Source of the DNA: Bacteroidota bacterium
Lineage (GTDB): Bacteria > Bacteroidota > Ignavibacteria > UBA10030 > UBA8401
Assembly (NCBI GenBank): GCA_030679145.1
Contig: JAUXTU010000036.1
Span: 86,480 to 150,479, forward strand
DNA: 64,000 bases
Reading direction: 5' to 3'
This document shows positions 36,340 to 47,623 of this stretch, piece by piece. The notes under the pieces are model-generated. The model was not told where the DNA came from. It saw nothing but the letters and a program-made list of their open reading frames with translations, and searched no databases. Position 1 is the stretch's first letter. Each line of letters opens with the position of its first letter. Made by a program: the position numbers and the translations under genes.

Positions 36340-39108
36340 ATGGAACATACTAAATTGAATAAATTTGTTGCCGGATTTGTTTTTCTTGCAACATTGATCG
36401 CATATATTTTAACGCTGGCTGATACAGTTGTATTTTGGGACGTTGGTGAATTTATTTCAGCAACATATTTACTGCAAGTTCCGCATCCGCCGGGATCGCC
36501 GCTATTCCTGCTGGTTGGAAAAGTGATCGGCATGGTTCCATTCTACAAAGATCTAGCGGTTCGTATTCATTTTATCTCCGCTCTTTCCAGTGCGTTGACA
36601 GCGTTGTTTTTATATCTTTCTCTGGTAAAATTGATAATTTTATGGCGTCCGCGTACTGATGATGTGTGGAATAAGATCTCTCTCTATACTTCTGCAGCAG
36701 TCGGGGCTTTCTCACTTTCGTTCAGCACAACGTTTTGGTTCAATGCGGTGGAAGCAGAAGTGTATGGTATCAGCATGTTGTTTGTAGGATTGGTGACATG
36801 GCTTGCGCTTCGATGGAATGAACGGGCAGACTCACCGACACACCAACGATATATATTTTTGATCGCGTATCTTATCGGATTGTCGCTTGGTGTTCACTTG
36901 TTGGCGCTGCTTGTTATTTTTCCGTTCCTTATCATCGTCTTTTTCCGCAGGTATGAATTTTCAATTCGCAATTACATCATCTTTGGTTTAATTGCGATAG
37001 GAATTTTTGCAATTGTCTATCCCGGAATCGTCAAAATGCTTCCAAACCTGCTTGACGGCGAATATGCCATCGGCAGCGGAGCAGAATCGAAAAGCATTTT
37101 CTGGACGATGATCCCAATCGCCGCGATTCTTGCTGCAATTTATGGTGTTTGGTATTCCATTAAAAATAAAAAAGAACTCTTGAATCTTGCTTCATTGTCG
37201 TTTCTCTTGATCATTCTTGGATATTCGACGTATGCAATGGTGATCATTCGTGCGAATGCAAATACACCGATGAATGAAAATGATCCAAGCACACTGAAAA
37301 AATTAGTATCCTATCTTAATCGTGAACAGTACGGCGATTCGCCCATCATGAAACGCCGCCACAGCCAGGAACCGCAGCATCAAGGAATTTATACAAACTA
37401 TAAAAGTGATACGGACTACTTCATGCGTTATCAGATGTATGAAATGTTTGGACGATATTTCTTATGGCAGTATGCGGGACGCGAAGGAGATTTTCAGGGT
37501 GCCGAAGTGAATTGGAAACAATTGTGGGGCATACCGTTATTCTTTGGTTTATTCGGAGTCTTTTATCATTGGAAAAAAGATCGTCAAATGTGGTGGGTCT
37601 TCTTCAACTTTTTCATATTGATGGGATTCATTATGGCGGTCTATTTTAATATGCAGAATCCGCAGCCTCGTGAGCGTGATTATTTTTACGTCGGCGCATT
37701 CTTCGTTTTTTCAATTTGGATTGGAATTGGAACGATTGGATTTTTTGATACGATCCGCGATGCAATGAAGAACGACCAAATGAAAAAATATCTTTCAATG
37801 GCGGCATTATTATTTGCTGTTGTGTTTGTCCCGATCAATATGGCATACACCAACTTCAAAGTTTCGGATCGAAGCGGTGATTATGTTGCATGGGATTATT
37901 CATACAATCTGCTTCAATCGTGCGAACCGGATGCAATTCTTTTTACCAATGGTGACAACGATACATTCCCGTTATGGTATCTTCAGGATGTTGAAGGTGT
38001 TCGCCGTGATATTCGAATTGTCAATCTTAGTTTGGTGAATACATCGTGGTATATTCGTCAACTAAAACATCAAGAACCACACGGTGCAAAAAAGGTTGCG
38101 ATCAGTTTAACGGATCCGGAGATCGAACAGATCGGTCCGATGCAATGGGAACCAAGAGAAATGACGATTCCTGTTCCTGCTGATGTCATGAAAGAGTATG
38201 AACAATTCTCTGATAAACCAAAACAACCAAAGATGAAGAATGATACAGCGGGCAAAGCAGGAGAAGTTCGATTCGTTCTTCCGAATACGATGTCATTCCC
38301 GCAAGCAGGCGGAGAAGTGATCAAAGCGATCCGCGCACAGGATATTATGGCATATGATATTATTCGTTCCAATAATTGGATTCGACCAATCTATATGGCT
38401 GTAACATCAACACCGGATTCGAAGATCGGACTCGATCGTTTCTTCCGTATGGATGGATTGGCGATGAAATTGATTCCGTATGCTACTCCGACGGATGAAG
38501 GCGTTATCGATCCGAAAATTCTTTCAGCAAATTTGTTGAACGAACCTGTTGAACCAAATTTACATTTTCAACGCGGATATCGGTATCGGGGATTGCAAGA
38601 TACCACAGTTCATTATGATGAAAATGTAACCCGTCTTGCAATGAATTATCGCAATGCATTCATGCGTCTGGCATTATATTACATCAATACCACCCATGAA
38701 AATGCAAAAGCTGTTGCAACACTTGATTCAATGATGGTGAAATTGCCCACCTCGGTACTTCCGATGGATTATCGTGTGGAATTTGATATCACCAACTTCT
38801 ATCATTTTGCAGGTGCCAAAGAACGATATGAAACAATGACGCAAAATCTGGAAACTAAATTGCTTGATATCGTTTCAAAACCGGGATTAGAGCCGTTCAC
38901 AAACCAATATCATCCGTATTATATGTTGTATACAATGTATCAAAACCGCGGACGATACGATAAAGCAATCGAAACCCTCGATCGGATCAGTGCAGCGTAT
39001 GCAACCACCCAAGGATTACCGCAATGGATTGAAATGCAAAAAGGCCAGATGCAGGCGCAGTTAGCATTGAGTGGTGCGGGTAAAAAAGATTCAATAGCAA
39101 AAAAATAA
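36340..39108 (+). CDS. DUF2723-family GT-C-like membrane protein with a large C-terminal TPR-like domain.
   Basis: N-terminal multi-transmembrane region with DxxE-like motifs (WDVGEF…). 922 aa. GGAGG-like Shine-Dalgarno (aaagaggtagtaATG). Confidence 0.55.
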   Translation: MEHTKLNKFVAGFVFLATLIAYILTLADTVVFWDVGEFISATYLLQVPHPPGSPLFLLVGKVIGMVPFYKDLAVRIHFISALSSALTALFLYLSLVKLIILWRPRTDDVWNKISLYTSAAVGAFSLSFSTTFWFNAVEAEVYGISMLFVGLVTWLALRWNERADSPTHQRYIFLIAYLIGLSLGVHLLALLVIFPFLIIVFFRRYEFSIRNYIIFGLIAIGIFAIVYPGIVKMLPNLLDGEYAIGSGAESKSIFWTMIPIAAILAAIYGVWYSIKNKKELLNLASLSFLLIILGYSTYAMVIIRANANTPMNENDPSTLKKLVSYLNREQYGDSPIMKRRHSQEPQHQGIYTNYKSDTDYFMRYQMYEMFGRYFLWQYAGREGDFQGAEVNWKQLWGIPLFFGLFGVFYHWKKDRQMWWVFFNFFILMGFIMAVYFNMQNPQPRERDYFYVGAFFVFSIWIGIGTIGFFDTIRDAMKNDQMKKYLSMAALLFAVVFVPINMAYTNFKVSDRSGDYVAWDYSYNLLQSCEPDAILFTNGDNDTFPLWYLQDVEGVRRDIRIVNLSLVNTSWYIRQLKHQEPHGAKKVAISLTDPEIEQIGPMQWEPREMTIPVPADVMKEYEQFSDKPKQPKMKNDTAGKAGEVRFVLPNTMSFPQAGGEVIKAIRAQDIMAYDIIRSNNWIRPIYMAVTSTPDSKIGLDRFFRMDGLAMKLIPYATPTDEGVIDPKILSANLLNEPVEPNLHFQRGYRYRGLQDTTVHYDENVTRLAMNYRNAFMRLALYYINTTHENAKAVATLDSMMVKLPTSVLPMDYRVEFDITNFYHFAGAKERYETMTQNLETKLLDIVSKPGLEPFTNQYHPYYMLYTMYQNRGRYDKAIETLDRISAAYATTQGLPQWIEMQKGQMQAQLALSGAGKKDSIAKK

Positions 39109-39212
39109 ATTGTGAATACGATAGTAGAAGAATAAAGAACAAAGGGTGAAAATCATTTTTCATCCTTTTTCTTTTTGAACGGTGTGAATAATAACTGCGG
39201 TAAAGGGAAATC

Positions 39213-39980
39213 ATGAAAGAATCTCGTCTAGAACATTGGGACAATTTTTGGGAAGAGAAAAAAGAATTCAAGGAAGTCTATTCCAATTCGGATCGTGTTG
39301 TTCGCAATCTTGTAAAAGTGACCGATGTAAAAGGAAAAAAGATTCTTGAAATTGGTGCGGGAACGGGACGGGACAGCTTTCCGTTGGTGGAACGAGGTGC
39401 GGAAGTGTATCAGCTTGATTATTCGATGAACTCGCTGAAGATCATGAAACGAATTGCGGAAGAAGAGAAGATGGATGTTACCATTATCGGTGGTGATACA
39501 TTTCAGCTTCCGTTCAAAGATGAATCTTTTGATATTATTTTTCACCAGGGATTGCTCGAACATTTTCGTCATGAAAAAGCAACAGCATTATTGCAGGAAA
39601 ATATCCGCGTTCTTAAAAAAGGCGGGTTGCTTTGTGTTGATGTGCCGCAGCGATATCATATCTATACTTTGATCAAGACATTTCTGATCGCCATTGACAA
39701 GTGGTTTGCTGGATGGGAACGTTCATTCTCTGTTCCCGAATTGAAGAATGAAATGGAAAAACTCGGCTTACAAACTGTTCATACGTACGGCGAATGGATG
39801 TATCCGAGTCTGTTCTATAGAATGACGCGAGAGGCATTGCGCGTTGTTGGAATAAAGATTCCGCTCAATCCAAAGATTCCGTTTTTATACAATATTCGAA
39901 AAGCGCTTCGTGACTCATTAAAAGATACCACGTTGACAACCTATACCGCGTTGTCGATGGGAGTGATAGGTAAAAAGTAA
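39213..39980 (+). CDS. Class I SAM-dependent methyltransferase.
   Basis: Motif I ILEIGAGTGRDS, acidic motif II YQLDYS. Confidence 0.75.
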   Translation: MKESRLEHWDNFWEEKKEFKEVYSNSDRVVRNLVKVTDVKGKKILEIGAGTGRDSFPLVERGAEVYQLDYSMNSLKIMKRIAEEEKMDVTIIGGDTFQLPFKDESFDIIFHQGLLEHFRHEKATALLQENIRVLKKGGLLCVDVPQRYHIYTLIKTFLIAIDKWFAGWERSFSVPELKNEMEKLGLQTVHTYGEWMYPSLFYRMTREALRVVGIKIPLNPKIPFLYNIRKALRDSLKDTTLTTYTALSMGVIGKK

Positions 39981-40106
39981 GAATTATGAAGGATGAAATA
40001 TGAAAAATTGTTTGATCTCCAATTTCATTCTTTGTAAAACAATGAATCTGCAAACTGGTTATTGCAATTTGTATCATTCATCCTTCATCATTCATCTTTC
40101 ATCTTT

Positions 40107-41222
40107 ATGAAGATTCTTATTCTTAACTGGCAAGATCTCTCTCATCCGCTTGCCGGAGGTGCTGAAGTGCATCTCCACGAAACATATTCCCGCATTGCCA
40201 AGATGGGACACGATGTAACGCTCTTTTGTTCATCATACGAAGGAGCAAAACCTACAGAAGAGAATAACGGTATCAAGATCATTCGTGAAGGAGGGCGGTT
40301 CCTCTTTAATTTTGTTGTGATGAAAAAGTATTTCACTACGTTCAAAGATCAGAAGTTCGATCTGATCGTTGATGATGTGAATAAGATTCCTTTCTATACT
40401 CCGTCATATGTAAAAGAGCCGGTGCTTGGAGAACTTCACCATCTGTTTGGTACGAGCGTCTTCAAAGAGATAATGTTTCCATTAGCATCATACGTATATC
40501 TTGCGGAACGCGCATCCCTCCCGATGTATAGAAAAATTCATTTCATGATCCATTCTCCCAGCACTCAGATTGAAGTGAAAGAGAATGGATTTTCTCCTGA
40601 GCGAATCCATTATGTCCCCTATGGAATGAATCACCGGCTCTTCCGTCAAACCGGTATCCCAAAATTTTCTGAACCGCTGATCGGTGCACTCGGTCGTTTA
40701 AAAAAATATAAATCAATTGATCATCTTATTGAAGCATTTGTTATTGTGAAACAAATAATTTCAAATGCTAAACTGGTGATCGTTGGCGACGGTGATGACA
40801 AATCGAGGTTGGTGGAATTGGTCACTGCGCTCAGATTGAATGACAGCGTAACATTTACCGGATTTGTCAGCGAGGAAGAAAAAGTTCAATGGCTGAACAA
40901 AATGCACGTTGCCGTTAATACATCGGCAAAAGAAGGATGGGGATTGACAGCGATCGAAGCAAATGCATGCGGAACAACAACAGTCTCCAGCAACGTACAG
41001 GGACTGCGTGATGCTGTGCTTGATGAATGGACCGGATTGTTGTATGAATATGGAAATCGTGAAAAACTTGCGGAAAAAATTATTCTGCTGCTGCGCGATA
41101 AAAACCTTCGCGAACGTTTGGCAAATCAAGCGCTGATCCGTTCAAAAGAATTTGACTGGCAGACCGGAGCAGAGAAGACGATGGAAGTGATCGAGCAAGT
41201 GGTGAAGGAAAAGAAACAATGA
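40107..41222 (+). CDS. Family 4 glycosyltransferase (GT-B fold).
   Basis: MKILILNWQDLSHPLAGGAEVH… N-terminal domain. C-terminal E-x7-E region …GWGLTAIEANACGTTTVSS…. Confidence 0.75.
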   Translation: MKILILNWQDLSHPLAGGAEVHLHETYSRIAKMGHDVTLFCSSYEGAKPTEENNGIKIIREGGRFLFNFVVMKKYFTTFKDQKFDLIVDDVNKIPFYTPSYVKEPVLGELHHLFGTSVFKEIMFPLASYVYLAERASLPMYRKIHFMIHSPSTQIEVKENGFSPERIHYVPYGMNHRLFRQTGIPKFSEPLIGALGRLKKYKSIDHLIEAFVIVKQIISNAKLVIVGDGDDKSRLVELVTALRLNDSVTFTGFVSEEEKVQWLNKMHVAVNTSAKEGWGLTAIEANACGTTTVSSNVQGLRDAVLDEWTGLLYEYGNREKLAEKIILLLRDKNLRERLANQALIRSKEFDWQTGAEKTMEVIEQVVKEKKQ

Positions 41223-42103
41223 AAAATATATTTCTTGTAATATCTATCCTAATGACGGGCTTGGAATTTATATTTCCTCAATCACTTTTGGATAGGTATT
41301 CTCATTTTGGTGAAATGTTTGTACCGCAATTTTCCTCAGCTCCATTTCCTCATCCCGAACGCGCAAACGGAAGACTCTATAACAATCAAACATTCTCCGC
41401 GCAGGAGCATTACAGCGACAGCAGTGTTGCTATTTTTATTCCAAAAGGATTCAAACCAACAGCAAAAATAAATATTGTTGTCTACTTTCATGGATGGTAT
41501 AACAATATCGACACTGCATGCGCCCAATTTAAATTGATAGAACAGTTTTCGGAAAGCGAGAAGAATGCGATTTTTATTTTTCCGGAAGGTCCGAAGAATT
41601 CCCCTGATTCATTTGGCGGACGAATGGAAGAGAAGGATGGGCTGAAGAATCTTGTTGCTGATGTTCTGAAGTTTTTGAAACAACAACAAAAGATCAAATC
41701 AGAAAAAGCCGGAAATATCATTCTTGCAGGACACAGCGGTGCATTTCGTGTAATTTCGTTTTGTCTGATGCGTGGAGGATTGACGAAGAATATTTCTGAT
41801 GTTATTTTATTTGACGCACTTTATGGCCAAACGGAAAAGTATTCATATTGGATCGATCATTATCAAGGAAGGTTCATCAATATTTATACAAATGATGGCG
41901 GCACGAAAAATGAAACCGAAAATCTCATGGCTGATCTTGATGCGTGGGAAATCCCGTATATCATGAGAGAAGAAGATGAACTAACTGAAACTGATCTAAA
42001 GAAAAATCGGATTGTATTTATCCACTCATCATTGTCGCACAATGAAGTGATTGTAGCAAAAAATCAATTCTATAGATTTCTTTCAACAAGCAGCCTGAAG
42101 TAA
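41219..42103 (+). CDS. Secreted alpha/beta-hydrolase-like esterase.
   Basis: Signal peptide. Nucleophile elbow GHSGA. Overlaps the GT4 stop codon by 4 nt. Confidence 0.5.
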   Translation: MKNIFLVISILMTGLEFIFPQSLLDRYSHFGEMFVPQFSSAPFPHPERANGRLYNNQTFSAQEHYSDSSVAIFIPKGFKPTAKINIVVYFHGWYNNIDTACAQFKLIEQFSESEKNAIFIFPEGPKNSPDSFGGRMEEKDGLKNLVADVLKFLKQQQKIKSEKAGNIILAGHSGAFRVISFCLMRGGLTKNISDVILFDALYGQTEKYSYWIDHYQGRFINIYTNDGGTKNETENLMADLDAWEIPYIMREEDELTETDLKKNRIVFIHSSLSHNEVIVAKNQFYRFLSTSSLK

Positions 42104-42131
42104 TACTACATTTAAGAAAGCGAGTTCTTCC

Positions 42132-42548
42132 ATGTCAAAAAAACTTACATCTTCTAAAGACGTACAATCTCTTTCGCTTCTCGGAAAAGATTCTATAGCA
42201 CAAAAAAAATTGGAAGTATTCCCCAATCATCACGTTAACCGAAATTATACAATAACATTAAGAACGGATGAGTTTACAACGCTTGGTCCCGTAAATCGCC
42301 AGCCCGATTTTGCAACACTCGAAATTGAATATGTTCCGGATCGATTTATCATTGAATCAAAATCACTGAAGTTATATTTGCAGACATTTCGCAACGAAGA
42401 AACATTCTATGAGCATGTCGTTAATGTCATTCTTGATGATCTTGTTGCGGTGCTCAAGCCTCGTCGCTGCAAAGTAACCGCCGCGTATGCAGTTCGCGGA
42501 GGTATTGCGATGACAGTAGAAACAGAATACAATCATAAGAAATCATGA
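42132..42548 (+). CDS. queF: NADPH-dependent 7-cyano-7-deazaguanine reductase QueF (short YkvM type).
   Basis: QueF motif E(S/T)KSLKLYL (IIESKSLKLYLQTFRNE) and the catalytic Cys region. Confidence 0.8.
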   Translation: MSKKLTSSKDVQSLSLLGKDSIAQKKLEVFPNHHVNRNYTITLRTDEFTTLGPVNRQPDFATLEIEYVPDRFIIESKSLKLYLQTFRNEETFYEHVVNVILDDLVAVLKPRRCKVTAAYAVRGGIAMTVETEYNHKKS

Positions 42549-42856
42549 TCAACGCATTCATTCCACTGATTGATTTTATCTTTAAAATAATCTTGTATTA
42601 TTTTGCACTCAAACTACGAAAACTAGAGCCTCGTTTGATAACATGCGCGATGTGTGCAGGGGCTTCAATATTAACGGGATTAATTCCGTTTCCGGAAATG
42701 CTGCATCTGATGTTGACAATCGCTATCGCAGGTTTTTTTCTTGTGAAAAACACCGATACAGAAATATATCCGAATGGAATCTTTATCCCTCTTGCGGTAG
42801 AAGTTGTTGATGCGTTTATGATGAGTTATGCAGTAATGCCATTGATCGGAAGGTAA
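42545..42856 (+). CDS. Small hypothetical membrane protein.
   Basis: Three predicted transmembrane helices. 4-nt overlap with queF. Confidence 0.4.
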   Translation: MINAFIPLIDFIFKIILYYFALKLRKLEPRLITCAMCAGASILTGLIPFPEMLHLMLTIAIAGFFLVKNTDTEIYPNGIFIPLAVEVVDAFMMSYAVMPLIGR

Positions 42857-42904
42857 TAAAACACCAGTCCAATGGTTTTAATCCCATCGGACTGGCGTAA
42901 TTAA

Positions 42905-45229
42905 TTATTTTTGTAACAACAATTTCTTTGTCTGCATAAAGTTATCAGATTGCATTCGATAAAAATATACACCGCTTGATAATTTTCCACCTTTGAACGG
43001 TACCGAATAAAATCCCTCCTTCTTTTCTTCATTCAATAGTGTCGCAACTTCACGACCGAGAATGTCGAATATTTTTATTGTTACCAACGATTGCTTTGGT
43101 ATTGCAAACGATATAGTTGTAGTCGGATTAAATGGATTCGGATAATTTTGATATAATTGAAATTGAGTTGGCATTTGATTAATTACAGTTTCCTCTTCTA
43201 ACGATGTAAATTGACTTATCCGGAAATCAAATAATCCATCAATAAAAGATAAGGCGTAAACAGTATCTGCAATTGCTACTAATTTATTTATGCCAATACT
43301 ATCCATTCCAGCATACGTCCAAAGTAGGCCATTATTTTTTGTAAAATATAATCCACGAGGTCGATACAATGGATCTGTTGCATCAAATACTGAAAGCCAT
43401 AAGTTGTTCTTACTATCAAACGCGTAATAGTTTTGGAAATAAATATCTGGGGTTAAAGGAAAATTCGGCAACGGTATTTCAACAAGCTGGTTTGCTGTTT
43501 TCTTAAACAGTTTCAATTTATTTTGCGCTGTAGCAAAAACATAAAGGAGACTGTCATTGTCCATTATAATATCTTGAATAAAAAATTTACTTAATCCGGA
43601 AGAATCAATTTTCCAAATACCGTCAGGGAGAGTTTTTTTGTAGATAAATAATTTTTCTCCGGGAAATTGAAATTCGTTTTTTAAGAAATATCCAGTAACA
43701 CCATCCGATAAATATCTATTTGGTTTATCATAAGAAACAGCTAATTTCAATCCCGTTGAATCAACTTTCCATCCGGTATCTTTTGTTCTGAAGTATGGCA
43801 AATGTTTTGTAAAACTAAATAAATATTGATTTCCATTATTATCAACATAGTATTTATCGTTAGTCGACAAAGTAATATTATTTGTTTTCAAACCAGCGGT
43901 GTCCAATATCCAAGTAGTTCCTTTATCAGAGGATTTCCAGATTGTTGAGGAACTCTCATTCTTACTTTTTGGTGCGACGACATAAATATTTCCCGCACCA
44001 TCATTTTGTATACTTAAATTTGAAAAATATCCATTAACAGGAAATATTTTTTTAAAAACAGTATCACCGTCCATTACTCTATATAGTCCAAGATTAGTCG
44101 ATATAAAATGATGATTTCCAGCACGAGCCAAGCTATAGAATCTATTGGGATTAAATTGAAATTCTTTTGGCATTATAGTCCACGTATCACCAAAGTCGGT
44201 GCTTTGAAAATTTCCGTATTTAGTTGCAGCATATACAAGTGAATCGCCCTGTACGTTTGAAAATAGATCAGTTGGATTCATTGAATAATCAAGCGAATTT
44301 ATTCCTTGTGAAATATCGATCCACGGTTCTGTCCCGCCGTTTGATCTATACGCACCATAGTACGTTACAGCGTAAATATTTCCATACGCATCATCTCCAT
44401 AACTATCAGCATATTTATTTTGGGGAATACTTTGAAACGTTTTCCACGTTGTCCCTTTGTCGGTTGATACATAATTGCTAAAATAATCGGAAACATAAAT
44501 CCTTCCACGGCGATCTATGAAAATAACCTCACATGAAAAAGCGGGGAAGCTTAAAACCTTATTCCAGACACTTGAATCCGGATGTTGTTTATATAATCCC
44601 TTATTGGTAGCAGTGTAAACATAATGAGAAGAATCTTCAGCAATATCATAAATAGTATTTATCCCTAATCCGGTAGAATCTAATTTCCAGGTTTGTCCAT
44701 CATCACGGCTGACATAGACAGTACTATTGCCAACGACATAAAGGGCATCTCCAATTATTTTCTTAAAATATAAATATTGCAAGGGAGAAATAATTTGCCC
44801 TGCGTATTTTTGAGTAAATGTACTCTTTAAAGGATCATAAATAATTACTGCTATCTCTCCGTTTGAAAATAGAACAAAGTAATAATTTGGAATGTTGCTT
44901 TTTTGTGTAACATCAATTATTGAAATTTCTGGAGGAGCTTCTAAACGAAACCACCCAGCAGGATGGACCGCATCGCCTTGATAGTATGGTATCATTACTA
45001 ATAATTTTTCATTAAACATTGTAAATATTTCAAGATTGTCCGCAACATTTTTTTTGAATGCTTTCGTGGACACCTCGCCTACCAAATATGCCGATGCTTC
45101 ATAATTAAAAAATGATTCTGCATTAAATTGTGAATAAGCAGAGTTGCTAAAAAAAAGGAATAAAGTTGTCATAAAGGAAACAACCTTGAACAATTTTTTT
45201 GGTATGGTGAAAATGTCTTGAGTTTTCAT
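42905..45229 (-). CDS. T9SS-secreted BNR/Asp-box repeat protein.
   Basis: Asp-box motifs (SRDDGQTW, STDKGTTW, STDFGDTW, SSDKGTTW). C-terminus FQLYQNYPNPFNPTTTISF…KKLLLQK. Confidence 0.7.
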   Translation of the reverse strand: MKTQDIFTIPKKLFKVVSFMTTLFLFFSNSAYSQFNAESFFNYEASAYLVGEVSTKAFKKNVADNLEIFTMFNEKLLVMIPYYQGDAVHPAGWFRLEAPPEISIIDVTQKSNIPNYYFVLFSNGEIAVIIYDPLKSTFTQKYAGQIISPLQYLYFKKIIGDALYVVGNSTVYVSRDDGQTWKLDSTGLGINTIYDIAEDSSHYVYTATNKGLYKQHPDSSVWNKVLSFPAFSCEVIFIDRRGRIYVSDYFSNYVSTDKGTTWKTFQSIPQNKYADSYGDDAYGNIYAVTYYGAYRSNGGTEPWIDISQGINSLDYSMNPTDLFSNVQGDSLVYAATKYGNFQSTDFGDTWTIMPKEFQFNPNRFYSLARAGNHHFISTNLGLYRVMDGDTVFKKIFPVNGYFSNLSIQNDGAGNIYVVAPKSKNESSSTIWKSSDKGTTWILDTAGLKTNNITLSTNDKYYVDNNGNQYLFSFTKHLPYFRTKDTGWKVDSTGLKLAVSYDKPNRYLSDGVTGYFLKNEFQFPGEKLFIYKKTLPDGIWKIDSSGLSKFFIQDIIMDNDSLLYVFATAQNKLKLFKKTANQLVEIPLPNFPLTPDIYFQNYYAFDSKNNLWLSVFDATDPLYRPRGLYFTKNNGLLWTYAGMDSIGINKLVAIADTVYALSFIDGLFDFRISQFTSLEEETVINQMPTQFQLYQNYPNPFNPTTTISFAIPKQSLVTIKIFDILGREVATLLNEEKKEGFYSVPFKGGKLSSGVYFYRMQSDNFMQTKKLLLQK

Positions 45230-45240
45230 AACGAACCTTC

Positions 45241-47574
45241 CTATTTTAGCAATAATAATTTTCTTGATGCACTGTAATTTCCAGTTTTCAACGAATAAAT
45301 ATATACCCCTGTTGAAAGTTTCGATGCATCGAATTGAACCGAATGTAATCCTGCATTTCGCTCTTCATTAATAAGCACTGCAACTTCCCGCCCGAGAATG
45401 TCGTGCACTTTCAATGATGTGAAACCTGAAGTCTGAAGCATGAACCGTATCGTCGTTGTCGGATTGAACGGATTTGGATAATTCTGAAACAACTCGTACG
45501 AATCTGCAATCTGCGGTTTGGTATTCTCAACCGAAGTTGGTTCTGAGGCCGTTGTGAATCGATAAACACCATCGATGAATGTTACCGCATAGACACCTGG
45601 TAACGAAGATGATCCGGAACTTTTCATGAATGAAGTGGATGAATCATCAACCGCATTCAGGAATTTGATGCCGACGCCGTTCAATCCAACATATTTCCAC
45701 GTTGTACCATTATCTGTAGTAAAGTGAACTCCTTTGTTAGAGCCACCCGCGAAGAACACCGCCCAAATAACTCCATTTTTATCTATCGTTAAAGGATACG
45801 GCGAAGGTGAAGATCCAATTGTTGTAGGAAGCGGTGTCTCAGCCCAGGTGCTTCCGTTGTATCGCCAGATTTTTTCGGGACTAGAAAAAGCTTTTACCAT
45901 AATATTTCCATCTTGATCGCTCGATAATATACCATCACCGGCGGCAAGGATGCTGGTATTGACAATCTTCCAGGCGGAATCATTTATTGTCTTGCTATAG
46001 ATGAACAACTTAAGACTTCCTGAAAACACCACCCTGCTTACATAAATAATTCCTTTCTTGTTATTCAAGGTGACGGCTTTTATATATTGATTTGCTTGCA
46101 TGCCCAATCCCGCAGTGTCGAGCTTCCACGCTTGTCCCGGTTTTTTAGTTAAGAATCTGGCGTTACCACCTAAATATTGTGTGCCCTGTCTGTCTACCCA
46201 AAAATCATACGTCTGCGTTCCGGCAGTGATCCCTAGTGCTTTTTGTCCGGCTGTATCCGGGATCCAGGTATCGCCGTGATCGGTCGATTTAACGGTGTAA
46301 AAGAGCCAAGAGGAAGGACCAGTCTTTATAGGAAGATTCCCATAAACATTTCCAACGGAGTCGGATGTTATGACATTTATTCCCCAGACAAACCCCTGTT
46401 TTGGAAATACTTTTTCCGATATCGTATCTCCTACGGCAACCCGATAAATACCAAGGTTTGTTGAGATGAAATAATAATTTCCACCCTTTACAACACCGGT
46501 ATAAAAATTATGTGCCCGCGATTGTGAACTGATAGGTGAGTGTACCCAGTTCGTTCCAAAATTTGTGCTTTGAAACATTCCATATTTTGTAGAAGCAAAA
46601 AGCACGCTGTCGCCGCTTATGGTATTGATAATTTTTTCGCTTGAAGGAAGATACTTCTGTGCGTTGAGCGAATCGCTGATAGATTCCCACGGGGGAGTAA
46701 GATTTGAAAGCCGGTATGCGCCAGAACTTGTTCCCACCGCGTAAATATTTCCAAACGCGTCATCTCCAAACGAAGCGATTCCTTCAACAACACCTGAAGA
46801 AATATTTGTAAACGTAACACCGCCGTCGGTTGACATTACTACTCTTCCTTGAGCGACTGATGCTGTAGTGTAGATGAACATTCGTCCTTTTCGATCAACA
46901 AAAATTTTACGAGGGAATCCTGTTGTTTTAAATGAGGTATCCTTACGCCAAATATTTGAATCTGGATGTTGGTAATACAAATTACGGCTTTCCGTTACTA
47001 CCCAGCCGTAATGATTTGTATCAACCGCAATATCATTCACAGATTCGCTGCCAATATTTGTTGTATCGAGCAACCAAGTTTTTGCCGTGTCCCAACTTGC
47101 ATAGACCTTTCCCGATCCAAGCGCATACACTGCATCCCCGATAATTTTATTAAAAATTGGAAACCCAATTACGGTAATGGGTATTGTTGCACCAACTTCC
47201 CAATGGCTGCCAAGTTGAGTCTGAATATATTTAAGCACTGTTACCATACCATTAGAAAATAATACAAAAGCAATATCAGGATTATCTGACTTAAAATTAG
47301 CCGACACAATTTTTTTTTCAAAGGGAGCCTTTACGACTACTCCACTACCACCGTCATCGCCGCCAAAGAGTCTCGTCGTTATTGATGCTACTCCACATTC
47401 TTTTTCAGTATAATAAAGGTGATGTATATTTTCATATGCGCCCCTATCAATCCGTCGGCTAATGTCTGCAAGCACAGTTTCACCAAATATGGTAACTCTA
47501 CTTTGCGAATACATCCGTGTAGGAATCATACATAAAATCATTACAAACAATAGTGTAGAAAAAAACTTTGACAT
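45241..47574 (-). CDS. T9SS-secreted BNR/Asp-box repeat protein, tandem paralog of the gene at 42905-45229.
   Basis: Collinear similarity to the upstream paralog (…QHPDSNIWRK… against …QHPDSSVWNK…; …STKYGMFQSTNFGTNW… against …ATKYGNFQSTDFGDTW…). Start set at MSKFF (signal peptide) with a GGAGG Shine-Dalgarno. Confidence 0.7.
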   Translation of the reverse strand: MSKFFSTLLFVMILCMIPTRMYSQSRVTIFGETVLADISRRIDRGAYENIHHLYYTEKECGVASITTRLFGGDDGGSGVVVKAPFEKKIVSANFKSDNPDIAFVLFSNGMVTVLKYIQTQLGSHWEVGATIPITVIGFPIFNKIIGDAVYALGSGKVYASWDTAKTWLLDTTNIGSESVNDIAVDTNHYGWVVTESRNLYYQHPDSNIWRKDTSFKTTGFPRKIFVDRKGRMFIYTTASVAQGRVVMSTDGGVTFTNISSGVVEGIASFGDDAFGNIYAVGTSSGAYRLSNLTPPWESISDSLNAQKYLPSSEKIINTISGDSVLFASTKYGMFQSTNFGTNWVHSPISSQSRAHNFYTGVVKGGNYYFISTNLGIYRVAVGDTISEKVFPKQGFVWGINVITSDSVGNVYGNLPIKTGPSSWLFYTVKSTDHGDTWIPDTAGQKALGITAGTQTYDFWVDRQGTQYLGGNARFLTKKPGQAWKLDTAGLGMQANQYIKAVTLNNKKGIIYVSRVVFSGSLKLFIYSKTINDSAWKIVNTSILAAGDGILSSDQDGNIMVKAFSSPEKIWRYNGSTWAETPLPTTIGSSPSPYPLTIDKNGVIWAVFFAGGSNKGVHFTTDNGTTWKYVGLNGVGIKFLNAVDDSSTSFMKSSGSSSLPGVYAVTFIDGVYRFTTASEPTSVENTKPQIADSYELFQNYPNPFNPTTTIRFMLQTSGFTSLKVHDILGREVAVLINEERNAGLHSVQFDASKLSTGVYIYSLKTGNYSASRKLLLLK

Positions 47575-47623
47575 AATGCCTCCGATTATGTGATAAGAGC
47601 TGAAAAATATTTTCAGCATATTG